From: Psilocybe cubensis
Lineage: Eukaryota
DNA: 64,000 bases
Direction of reading: 5' to 3'
NCBI GenBank assembly: GCA_017499595.2
Contig: CM039008.1
Location: forward strand, 930,001-994,000
Notes under the pieces: model-generated
The model's database searches: none
What the model saw: the letters and a program-made list of their open reading frames with translations, nothing else
Told to the model about the DNA's origin: nothing
Position numbers and translations under genes: made by a program
Shown here: positions 13,916 to 25,800 of the stretch, in pieces
Position numbering within the stretch: position 1 is the first letter of the stretch
Layout: each line of letters starts with the position of its first letter

Positions 13916-15364
13916 AGCTCGATGATGCCACGCACAGGCATCAGGCATCTCCCCGAGCTGCGTAGAAGCACGATCGGTCTTATGGGAAGGTACTACTAGT
14001 ATGAAGCTGCTATGGCGTGAGCCTCGACCGTGACGCGCCTCGTGGCATGCACAGGCTGTATATTTAGTCTGCACGTTATTGATTCCGCCATTACTTTATG
14101 GTATGTGCGAACCAGCACTGAGTTCTGACGACTTAAAGAAAGAAAGATGGTTTTGGGTATCGATGCCAGACACAATCTCGGATCAGTGAGTCTATCTTGG
14201 TCTGGTCGTGAGTCTTATCTAGTCCAGGAACCATGAAGCAATGCGAGCCTCGAGGGAGGGGCGAGGGGCGAGGGAGGTGACCCGAGAGAGGGGAAGGTTT
14301 TTAATTAGTAGGGGTGGGGAACTTTAGTACTATAGTGCCCATGACGAATCCGGGATTCCATTCAGTTCAAGTCACTACTTGATTTTAATTTTAATCGGGA
14401 TATAACGCGAACGTCTCACCGGCACCCCCAGCGCGGATAATCAGATAATGGTATTATAATGTTATATTGAACGCCTCGAGTCTCGAAACATTAATTTAAG
14501 GTGGGATCTGAAGACTCCGACTCCATTTGGTGGTTCAAGTTTGGCCCGGGTCACCTAGGTCTTCTTGCTTATTGAAAGTACGCCGCGTATGAATGGCGAA
14601 TGGCGTCCCTTCCCAGGAAACAAAGGAAGATGAGAAGATGAGAAGATAGTGCGATCTCGTAATGATGCTTGGATACCGACGAGATGATACTAGTATGGAC
14701 TGTACTCAGATACAGTCTACAATTACAATGGGCGCCAACGTTGGATCTACTAGTAGGACACTGGCACTCAGGCTCAGGCTGTTCAAATCACAACCAACTT
14801 TTAATTAATATTATAGAAGAAACCTTTCATAGTCGAGTCGAGTCATTCATGTTTTATTTAATCTCCTGTGGTGGTATTAGAACTTTCTTGTTCCTGCTCG
14901 TGTTCGTACTCGGCTTTTCCATAGTTCCGTTGAAGGTTGATGTGGGTGCTCAGTGCTTGGTCACGATTCCGAGTCATTTACCATCCAGATAGATACAACT
15001 CGTGTCAATCCTAAATCACAATTTTTCCACAAAAATTATAATCATAAAATTTCTTGAACAAAGCCCTTAGCCATCCCTTCAGCAATCTCAAGAAAGCTTG
15101 GAAACATGGAAAACATCGAGCGTGGGTCCAAAGTCCAAAGTCCAAAGTCCAAGGTCCGCATTTGTCCAACTTCAACTTCAAGTTGCCATTGTGGTTAAGC
15201 GCCGTCCGGAGTTTACCGGGCCCACATGCACACACCACACTCTCCAAGTTTTAAATGGGGCAGACTCGGATGTTGGTCACTGGTCACGGTGCTAGGTAGT
15301 AGGCGGTCGTACTCGACGCTCGTACAGTCCAGACTCGCTAGTGTTCAGGAATCAGAAAGTCCGA

Positions 15365-15386
15365 ATATATATATATATATATATAT
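15365..15386. repeat. (AT)n microsatellite
   Basis: atatatatatatatatatatat. Confidence 0.9.
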
Positions 15387-16300
15387 CAAGTGAAGTGCTG
15401 TAAGTAGTACCTACGTATACCCGAAGCGACGCACCGGATACAGTGCTATATACAAGAGTAATCCAGTACTTGATCTCATCTCTAACAAGTAAGGGCCAAT
15501 TGAAGTAAGTAGGTTCGAACTTCGCACATACATCACCACCGTGACCATCGTACTAGTACTACCTACGCATACGCATACGTAATACTAATAAGCGTCCTAC
15601 ATACTGAGTAATAGTAATAGGAGACGAGAAAGAGACCCACACCCACAAGCATCCCTGAGCCCAACCAACCAAAAAAACAGGGAAGCACGGTATCGGTACA
15701 GTTCTAGTTCGTCGAGCCTTGAAAATCTGGGGATATACATACTTCGCGCGCGTGCCATGTCCGTTGAAACGTTCCGTATCCGCATCCGTATCCGTATTGT
15801 AGTAGTACAGATGGAACTACTTACGCAGACTTTGCAAAAGAAAAAAAAAAGCTATCTCTATCTGTGCATGTCCGAGTCTGTCTGTTCAGTTATCCGATAT
15901 CGGTGAGTCACAGGCCTAGGGTCGCCAGGTCGAAAAAACGAAAGTTGTTTCAAGTAGTTAGTCAGTCAGTTGTCCGTCGGACATGCCAAGGATGCGGTGG
16001 GGGGCGTGGCGAAGGTGAAATTATTAATGGCATAGATACAACAACATCAGACAAAAGAGAACGCAGAAAGTGGTCAAAGGTAGGTACGGGTAAGAAAGGA
16101 ACAGGAAAAAAAAAACCAAGATCGAGGGGGGTAATCAAGGACGAAGGAAAGGAGGAAGGGAAGGAAGAGGTGGTGCATAATGTTCCACATACACAACAGA
16201 TCAGAATTCGAAGCGGGTTGCAGGGAGCATGATATACGTATATGGGATATGGATATGATTATGGTTTATGATTATTTTCTTTTTTGGCACTCCCTAATTC

Positions 16301-16410
16301 CTAATTCTTTGTCGCCCTGACAATCGACACGATGATGATCACGAGAATGACGACGATAGCCACGCCGATGATGATGCGCATCTGTTGAGCGTGAAGGAGA
16401 CGGATGAGAT

Positions 16411-16483
<73 letters not shown>

Positions 16484-17333
16484 AGACGACATGCATGTCA
16501 GTTGCTGGGTAATTTGACGATGAAAAGGATGAATATGTGACGCACCTTCATATCTTTCCACCTATCAACACATATTCCAAAAAGACATTGAGCGCTGAAT
16601 GCAGGGGGGGAGTAACTTGACAAAAGAAAACAAAGCTTACCACATATTCTATGGAAAGTGATAAGATAAACGGTTCATACTGTGCAGCGACAAAGACAAA
16701 GAGACAAAGAGATACCACATACCTTGCGTACACGGTTCGCACCGCGTCGGAAGCCTTGTGCCGAAACGGCCAAGTTGTCTGGAAAAGAGGGATTTTAACA
16801 ATACCGTCCATACGTCACATACGGTGGGTGGCCCCGTGGACACCACGACCACGGTATCAAAGCCAGTCAGCCTCCAGCCTCCAGCCTCCAGCAAAGCTAA
16901 TCAGCGCGGACAAACAACAACCGTTTCAAGCCCAGAGCCAGCACACAGCACAGCGCAGCGCAGCAACGGGCAGCATCGCCGCCGAGGAGAATCCATGCCA
17001 TGCCGACGATAACGGTGGGCCGCACCGCAGCAACAAGAACCACCGAATCCGACTCACCCGTCTTGTCCTGCAACGAGTCCAGCCTCTCTCCTCGCTCTGC
17101 GACTTTGGTGATGTTCTCCCTCATAATTCCTACGGTATCGTCAATCTGCGCCTGGATTGCGGCGGTCTTTGCGTTTCCCTGGCTGGGGCCTGCACTGGGG
17201 CCGGAGCCGTCGCGGGGGACATATGGGTCGTAAGGTTCAGACCTAGAGCAGCCATGTGTTCAGCTTTCGTTTCAAATGATAGTTGTGCCTCTGAAGACGT
17301 AGAGAGAGGGCGAAGAGGAACGATGACGGACAT
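16301..17333 (-). CDS. SNC1: Synaptobrevin/VAMP-like v-SNARE (Snc1/Snc2 homolog)
   Basis: Exons 17333-17332, 17242-17058, 16778-16723, 16648-16641, 16561-16546 and 16381-16301 splice to [115 protein letters not shown]. This is an R-SNARE motif with a C-terminal transmembrane anchor. Confidence 0.95.
16413..16482. repeat. (AG)~35 microsatellite in last intron of the v-SNARE gene
   Basis: Uninterrupted AG dinucleotide run of about 70 bp. Confidence 0.97.
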
Positions 17334-17921
17334 TGTTCGTGGAGAAGGTGTCGTAGTCGTAGGGGATTCTGTCCGCAGCAGAGACAACGACAACACAGCA
17401 GGGACAAGAAGCTAGTCAGCAAGCGCTCCTAGGGCATAGAGACGTTGTAAACGCACTGTATCAAACAAATGAAAAGGGGTAGGGGAAGGAGGAGGAGGAG
17501 AATCAAGTCGTGTCGTAGTAGTTGGCAAGCCGAGAAGGGACAACGCACTCTGTGCCCGTTCCAACTTGCCCACGGTGTGACACGGGGTGCATCGCCTGTT
17601 GTGACCTCATCAGTCTTGTCTCGCCCGTCTCGGAAATACTTGCATGCTGAGCTACGGTGCTGACTGTCTCGCAATACGTATGCACAGTCCAATTGGGTAT
17701 ACGAGAGATGTAATAAAACAAACCAAAAGAAGAAAGTGAGATATACAGGCCTCAAATAGTATGGAAGCTAGATGTAAGTACATAGAGAATCAAAAACAGA
17801 GAGCTGTTAAAGATAGATGGGTAGATAGAGTAGAAAAGACAAAAACAATAAAAACAAGAAACGAATTGAATAAATCATATCGAGAATTAAACGAAAGAGT
17901 CAATAAATAAATACTTGCTCA

Positions 17922-20900
17922 TCACTCTTCCTCCTCGTCCTCATCTTCCTCTTGGATAGCATGCTTGAACGCAGGTCCTGATCTTCCAGCCGGCAACTGT
18001 CTTCTCCCAGTTCGCGAATCAGCAGGCTCGTATCCCGCCTCAGGAATCGGCAACGGAGACGGTCTCTCTGCCGGCGAACTGCCACTGTTACCTCCCCTCG
18101 CCCTGCCCACAACAGAGCCACTCGACGTACTGCCCACCACACCCGACGACGACGACGATCCCGACCCTCCCGTTGCAGAACCAGATGCGCCCACGCCTCG
18201 ATTACCTGTCATACGCTTCGACGCCCGATGTCCCCTCGGTGCAGGCGAGAGTGTAATAGGCTCCATCATCTGCCCGTGGTACCCCATCGACGAGCCACTA
18301 CTACTAGACATCGAAATCGACGTGCCCATCTGACCCAGCCCACCCGCAAACGCCGGCACATCGTCGTCCTCATCCACCCAGTCGCTCTCGTCGCCCATCG
18401 CGCTCGCAAGCACCGTCGCCGCCTGCTTGCCCGAGAACACGTCGCGGATCGACACAGGGTCGTTGGGCGAAATCGACAGCACCTCGACGGGCAGATGCGC
18501 CGTGCGCGAGGACCACCCGGGCGGCTCTACCCCCCACGACTTCTTCCAGCTAGAGCGGCTCGCGCTCATCGAACCGCCGCTGCCGCCATACGCCGGACTC
18601 GCGAACGGCCCCTGCCTCTTCTGCGCAACGAACGTCATACTCCCATTCCCGCTGCTCACAGGACGTCTATCCTCCGAGCGCCTCGACCGACCAGAAGAAG
18701 ATTTCACCGGCGTCGTCATCGTCGCAGTTGGCACACCCCCCTCACTCTCAGACGGCTCGTAATATGAATTAGGCCTCGACGAAGGCGGCGAGTGCATCGA
18801 GCTCGTCGTAGAGTTGCTCCTGACATGCACCGGCCGCGGCTGCGCTCCACCACCACTGACAGGCGTTATCTGCCTGACCACCCTCGTCGTCGATCCCCCC
18901 GAGCCCCCACGGCGATGGTACTTCTGCATCGGCATCGGGCTCGACGTCGACGCGCGCGGATAATGCACCGAGCCCGCCGAGCTCTGCGACGGGCTCTTCC
19001 TATGCCGCTCCCGCGTCTGCATCGACACGCTCCGGATCGACGACGGCCGCGACGAGTGCTCGCCCCGCTCCGAGTTGGGCGTGTGGCTCCCGAACGACCG
19101 CCGCGCCACCGCCTGCTGCGCGCCGGGGATCTGCGCCTGCGCGGGGGAGTCGAGGACGAGCATCTGCACTGACGGTGTGCCGGAGGACCGCCGCGAGTTG
19201 ATCGAGCTCGATCGGCGCGAGCTCATCGAAGGCCGCTTCGTCCTGTGCGCGCCTCTTGACCCGAACTTGTTGTTCGAATTTGAGGCGTTGCCCCTCCGGC
19301 TCCCCCCCACAGCCCGCGTACCGGCCCCAGCACTCGACTGTCCCGCAGATTCACTACCAGGATTGTGGCCACTTGCATTCGAGTCGGCCGAATCCTTCCT
19401 CTTCCCCTTCCTGTCTTCGTTGAACCACAACCTGAACGCCGTCAAAAGGTTCGCCTTGTTCCTGTTCGTGCCGCTGTTTGACTTTGCAGCAGCAGCTGGA
19501 GGCGCGCCCATTCCATCAGGCGCCGAGAAATTCGGTGTGCTGTGCGAATGCAGGATCTCTCCTCGCATACCCGGTCCGTTTGCATGCGAAACCGACGTTG
19601 CGCTGAGAGCAGCAGCAGGCAACTGGCCCTGTCCGATCGACTCGCGGCCGTCAGCAAGCACCCAAGGGGAGCCCATCTGCTGCGCGGCCACGTCCCGGGA
19701 CAGCTCGCTAGGCGGCGGCGTCGATGGCGGGTGATCTTTGGACGCCTTGAGCGGCGGCGACTTGGTAAGCTTCGACGACGTCCCGCTCCCATGCGACAGC
19801 CGCGACGGCTCTTCCCCACTCCCTCCTCTCCGCTCCCGTTCTCCCTCCCTTGACTTCTCCCGCTCTCTCTCTTTCAACTCCCGCTCCCGCTCCTTCTCGC
19901 GCTCCCTCTCCTCCTTTCGCTCCTTCTCCTCCCTGAACGCCTCGGCCGATTTCTTACGCACCAACCCAGCCGCCTCGAGTGCCGTCGTCGCCCGCTGCAT
20001 GATGCTCACGCTACCAGAGCGCGCCTTGCGCCCTTTCGAGCCCGTATTCGATCCCGATCCCATATCCTTATCCTTCATACTCCCACTGGGCGTCGACGGA
20101 TGCGACCGTGCCGCGGCAGACGATGACGTCACAGATCCATCGGCCACCGTGGACGACGAAGGCGACAGCAGCGGCGAGCGCGTGGGCGAGCCTATGCGCG
20201 GCGGGGTAGCGACCGTCGGCGAGCGCGTAGACGCCATCGTCGGCGTAGGAGGCACCAGTGCGAAGAGCGGCGGCGTGTGCCCGTGCAGCACTGGCGCGGC
20301 GAGCGGCATGTGCACTAGCTGGGCGCTGTCTTCCGTCTGCACTCCAGCAGAAGCCTTGCGTGTCCGACTCTTGCTCTTGCTCTTCTTGTCCTTGTCTTTA
20401 TGCTTCTTTCCGTTGCTCGGCCTCAGCTGTTGGGAGGAGGATTCTTCGCCGGAGAGCGGTTCTGGATCCCCGACGCCTTCCAATAGAGACGCTGTGTCTG
20501 CATCTGTGGGAGACACGACCAGCGTCCCATCGGCGTTCTTCACTCTCGTGCTGGTCTCCTCCTTCTTCCGCAGTAACCACCACAGAGATCCAGCCGAGTC
20601 GCAGGCATTCGTCAGGACCGAGTGCACAATTTGCGCGGTATCGAAACCCAGCAGCGCAAGCGTGTTCAGCAACTGCCTTTCCGGCGGTGTTGAGAATATC
20701 ACGGGGGTGCGTGCGCTCAAAAGACTGGCAAAGTCAAGGTCTCGTGCGGCTGGTATGGGCAGTGGCGTCGGAGTCTTTTCGAGCGTGGGCGATGCAGCGC
20801 CGCCGGCATCAGACATGATTGACGACACGGACCGGCGTTTCGTGCGCGCTGGCGTTCGGTGTGCTGAAGGCGGGGGTTTGGAACCGGGTCCTGTCCAAGG

Positions 20901-22330
20901 CAGAGGTGAGGCGGAGTACATCTTGCGCTCTTCTTCTCTCTCCTCTGGCACTGTCGCTGGTTGTCTCTCCCCCGACATCGCAAGCCTGCTAGACAGACTT
21001 TCCAGATCAGAAGTGGATTGTTTCCGAATCGTCATGTCACTTGGGTGTCTATGTATTTTTGTCGAAGTATTATTGTCTGAGCTCTCGAATGGATCGTGCA
21101 CTGATTCATCGGGGGTGGTAGGTGTAGACGATCCCAAGTCGGGTTGTTTAATCAAAGGAGAGAGTGATTCTTGCGTCGATGCCTCCGAAGAATCAGGTGC
21201 AGTGCTACTTTCAGAATCGCGGCGAGGTGAGGGCGGCCGTGTCAATGGCATGGGTGGAACGGCTGACAAGGGGGATTCGAGTTCATAAGTGAGCGTCCGT
21301 GCTGTAAACCATGGATGTGCTAGTATTTGCGGGATGGATATCCGTTTTGTCACATCTTTGGTAAGAATACTTTTGATAAGATCGCGGGATTCTTGGAATA
21401 AAAGTCAGTATACGACCGACAGTCAATGTGGTCCACGCACCAATAGATAACCAATTAGGATCTTCAAAATCCCCTTGTATGATTTTAGAGCGCATTACGT
21501 CCTCGTCATCGTCATCGAAAGGTAGTGTTCCAGTGAGCAAGCAATACAAAATAATACCTAGTGACCATACATCAACCTCTGAGAGCGCATAGTCAGGCAC
21601 CAGGAAAGACGAAATGCCAAGACACACTCACCTGGTCCTTCGTACCGCTTCCCCTGCAACATTTCAGGCGAGGCGTATCCCGTCGTCCCACAGAAGGTGT
21701 CCATAAGTATTCCACGATCAAACTCTCTCGTAAATCCGAAATCTCCAAGCTTGACTCGACATCGCTCATCCAGCAGCACGTTCTCCAATTTCAGGTCCCG
21801 ATGCACGACGTTGTTATCATGCAGGTACGCAACGGCGAGACACAGCTGACCAAAGATAACCCTCGTCTCGTCCTCCGACAGCCGGCCCTTTTCGACGAGG
21901 TAGTCGAAAAGCTCGCCGCCGCAGCAGAGCTCTGTGACGATCCAGATGTGGGATTCTGTCGCAATGACCTCATACATCTGGGTGATGTGCGGGTGGTGCA
22001 GCTGGCGGTGGTGGTGGATTTCGCGCGTCAGGGAGGCGGACATGGCCTTTGGAATTTGCTTGATGGCAACCCGGGTGGATGTCAGCCGGTGCGTGCCAAT
22101 TCTGACCTTGCCATAGGCTCCTGCATCACTTTAGATGAGCATTCCAGCTGCCATAACAGGTTTGGATAATGCGAACCTTCTCCAATCACCTTTCCCAAGG
22201 TGTAGTTTCCGACAACGCGAACCTTGGACGATGACAGCTCCTTCCCCAGTTCATTGTAGGCGTTAGCTAGTTGTGCTTTGTGGTTTTGGCTCAAGGATGC
22301 AGATTGTTTGTGGCCATGAGTTGGAGGCAT
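17922..22330 (-). CDS. Ser/Thr protein kinase, CAMK/CAMKL (MARK/Ppk16-like), with long low-complexity Ser-rich C-terminus
   Basis: GNYTLGKVIGEG|AYGKV, VAIKQIPK, HRDLKLENVLLD, DFGFTRE, CGTTGYASPE and DVWSLGIILYCLLTGTLPFDDD. A UBA-like segment (LLNTLALLGFDTAQIVHSV) lies in the last exon of about 1150 aa. Confidence 0.92.
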
Positions 22331-22890
22331 AGCAGCATTAATAATGAATGTAAGAGGTCCAAAGACCGGTGTAATGTCGTCTAGAAAGTTGTAATGGTTC
22401 TTGTGGTGGTGGTAGGTATTCAAACTTGATATCTCGGTTACAATGTCAGAAATGTACTATCATGTGATCCAAATGTTGTGATCACCCAAATCTCCGCGTT
22501 TAACACGGTCACCTTTCAGGGTCAATATAACTTGGAATAGAGAACCTTGTTATTAGTCTACAGCTTTATGTTTCACAACTTGACGACAGCAATGGCGTAA
22601 GTACGACACGTATACGTTACCACAAGCGAGGGAGAACTGCGGTGACATTGCCGCCGTGCAGAGGCGCTTCATTGAATGAACTGTTTATGTGCTGGCACAT
22701 AACCAGCTATTTCTCAACCTGGGCTCGGTGGCACGCAAGTTTAGAAGCACTGTCCCCGTAGTTCAAACCGTCGTATAAATGTGAGTATATCCATTGAAGT
22801 CCAGATTGAATATAAATTAGTAATGTACAACAGTATGGTATCCCGGTTCATAATTACAACATATAATTACAGAAAGCTTATGTCCGACTT

Positions 22891-25800
22891 CTACCAGTTA
22901 GCGAGCAACGCTTGTCCACATTCCTGCGAACCAATAGTGAGCCACAAATGCCAGACATCAGACATAAAAGACGTACCTTTAATCTAGGTAAATTATACTC
23001 TCTGGCGACATTGACAATTGTCCTCAATTTCCTACGGGCATCCGCTTTGTTCATAGTGAACTGATAAGCACCCGAGCACTTGCAATATTTCGATACATTG
23101 TCGGACTGTATCTGCTGGCACTTGACACATCTCAGGTCCTGCTGGGCAAACGCCTTTTCCAACCCTCTCGTCATGTCGATCAGCGCAAACTCAATGGCTG
23201 TGCGGTCGTACTCGCCCCCGCATTGATTACACAACCACTTCGGGTTGACCTCGACGTTGTCTGGAAGCAGTTCGGGGTCTCGACAAAAGTCAAAGTCGTG
23301 CAGGTAATCACAGTGTCGGCAAGGAACATTTGCCAGTTTTAGAGGTTCGCAAGGATTACGGAACGTCGCCTCGCCCGCAAATTCACGTACATTGACTAGA
23401 TCCAGCAAATTTCGCTTCATCAGCCCAACCTCCACTTGATACTCCTTTGCAAGGGAAAACACCGCACAGGTGAATTTCACGAATTCAAGTGGAGGGTTGT
23501 TGAAATTCAGATAAGAACCAGGAAGAGTGGGAAACATGAAAGGGGTGCGGTCTGCGTCATCGTCATTCATAACGTATTCGTATCGACTGCGAATGCTCTC
23601 CGTGACTTTGAGCATTTTCCTCGTCAGCCGCTTAGAGATGAACTCCAGAATAGACTCCATCTCGGTCGCCTTGGCCGTGTCTCGCTGAGTGCTGTCCGGT
23701 TCCCCATTTTGCAATTCCCTCAACGGCTTCCTTGCAATCTTGTTCAACTTTTGCCTGATTTTGAAGAGTTCCACAATAAAGTATTGGATGACACTGCCGA
23801 AATCATCCTGGATGGCAGGTGGCAAAAATAGCTGAATATTCCATCTCAACTCCATACACAACTCTTCAGGAGGTTCGATAGCCAGAGGATTTTCGCAGAC
23901 GATTCCACCCATGTTCGCCGAGTCCATAAAAACCAAAAGGTCGTAGAACCTATCGGTTTGCAGATAGATATGCTGGAATAATTCGTGGCTTGTAACCGCC
24001 GTCGTGATATATGTTGCATATGCATGAGCCGTTCCAGGTGGTTTCGAGGTCGCTAACAAGATGCTTCCGAAGTCGGCATGTATAACCTGAGACCCTAGTC
24101 TCTTGAATTCCGCTAGGAGCTGAATGAATGTCTTTCGCATGAGACCGTGGATGAATCGGTGGATGCTGGGATCATACAGCTGCGACCCTGACGAGCTTAT
24201 CCACCTCCAGAAATGATCGATTGTAAGTGTGGCCGGACTATTGGTGCTATCATGGATTTTGTCCAACAACCAAGTCTTCACCATAGCTTTCAGTACCGCG
24301 AAGGTTTGCGTTGAAAGCTGCGACTCGCCCAAAGTCAAGTCCCTTTGCGTTTCACCATTCGCCCCATATTCGTTGATCATATGTGATGTTGAATCGAACG
24401 CAGTCGCTCCTCCACTTCCTTCGAGCTCATTGACCAACACAGATTGTAGCACAGAGTTGACAGCGAGATTGCGCACAGTGATTTCGAGACAAACATTCGA
24501 ATATACGCCTGCCGCCTGGAATTCAGTCTTGGGTAATGGTTCTGTCTGCCGTCTGTCATTTTCGATCCCGCCGAGGTCAGGCCAGTCGCCAGGAGACCAC
24601 CAGAGAACCATATCCTGTTGCACGAGGCGCCTGGCGAAGCTGATGTCTGCTAGAATAAGTGGCTGGTCACCCTCAATATGTCCAATTGGAACATCATAGT
24701 AATCGGCAAGGGCGGCCATCCTGTCGATGAAATCTCCAAGAGATAGGTAGCGACTAAACATCTTTTGACCGACATGGGACTGCCACGGGAAAACATCCAA
24801 GGAATGCGCGCCTTTTGCCTGCGACATGGCGATGATCGGGAATTTGACCAACTTTGGCATCCACCTCTCGAAGTATGACACATCCTTACTGGAGGAAAGA
24901 ACGATTGTATACGACTTGTCTTCCAACAGACCTAGCTCCCGCGAAACGGCCTTGAGGGCAGTCGTATCGGATGAATGATACGAATGAGAGAAATCGACAG
25001 TTGCAGGGTACACGACTGAATCGCCAGTGCCGTACGTCTGGACCTTCTTCTGAAGGTACGTCACATATTGCTCGGATAGGCGAGAAATGCCTTGACGGCG
25101 ACTCGCAGGATCTACGAGGAAGATTTTGGCGATCCCGTTGGGTTGGAATAGAGCGAACAAGTGTAACACGCCGTTGGAAGAACTGGCATGGTATAAGAAA
25201 AGATATTTTCCAGACTTTCCGCCCTTGAGATACCGATCGCGAGAGGAAGATGTCAAGCATCGATCCAGCTGGTTAAGATCGAAACCGACTTGCTGGGCTC
25301 TGGTCAGCGTCAAGGTCTGATCGTCGAGTGCACACGTCTTCCCAAGTTTGATCAAGCCACGAAGAACAAGAGGAACCTCAAAGATAGTTCAGTATAATTA
25401 AAATGATTTACACAATGTGTTAACTTACCTGTAGCTCATAAACACCGTCAACATTGGGATCATTGGTGATATCGATGAAATGTTCCTGAATCTCCTGGTA
25501 AACCTCCTCGCGAACCACGATCTTGTACAAATTCGTGCATGGACTATCTCTGGGCAGGTTCTTTGCAACCTTGGTGCAGGTATAGAACTCCGTCTGGAAT
25601 AGACCTTCCACCGGCTTCTTGAGGTGGATATAAAACTCGCGGGGTATACGTAGAGGGACCGAAATCAGCTCCGAATCAATGGACAGCCACAGGATAAACC
25701 GCCCAGGGATTTTGCTTTCCCGAATTTGGACAATGTCCCAGCGATGACTTGTCTGCGCACGCGTCGACTTGAACATGGATGGCACGATTGCTGAAGCTGA

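Noticed and set aside
15505..15530. GGTTCGAA T-loop-like motif (tRNA)
   Set aside because: No cloverleaf or A-box context.
12900..16250. Possible mating pheromone (small CaaX) genes in the long intergenic gap
   Set aside because: I found no short ORF ending in a CaaX motif and no STE3-type receptor nearby; the by-eye search was not exhaustive.
16651..17415. 254-aa plus-strand ORF
   Set aside because: Antisense to the v-SNARE exons and introns.
19738..21288. 516-aa plus-strand ORF (and other long ORFs at 17965-19853)
   Set aside because: Antisense shadows of the GC-rich kinase exon; no recognisable domains.
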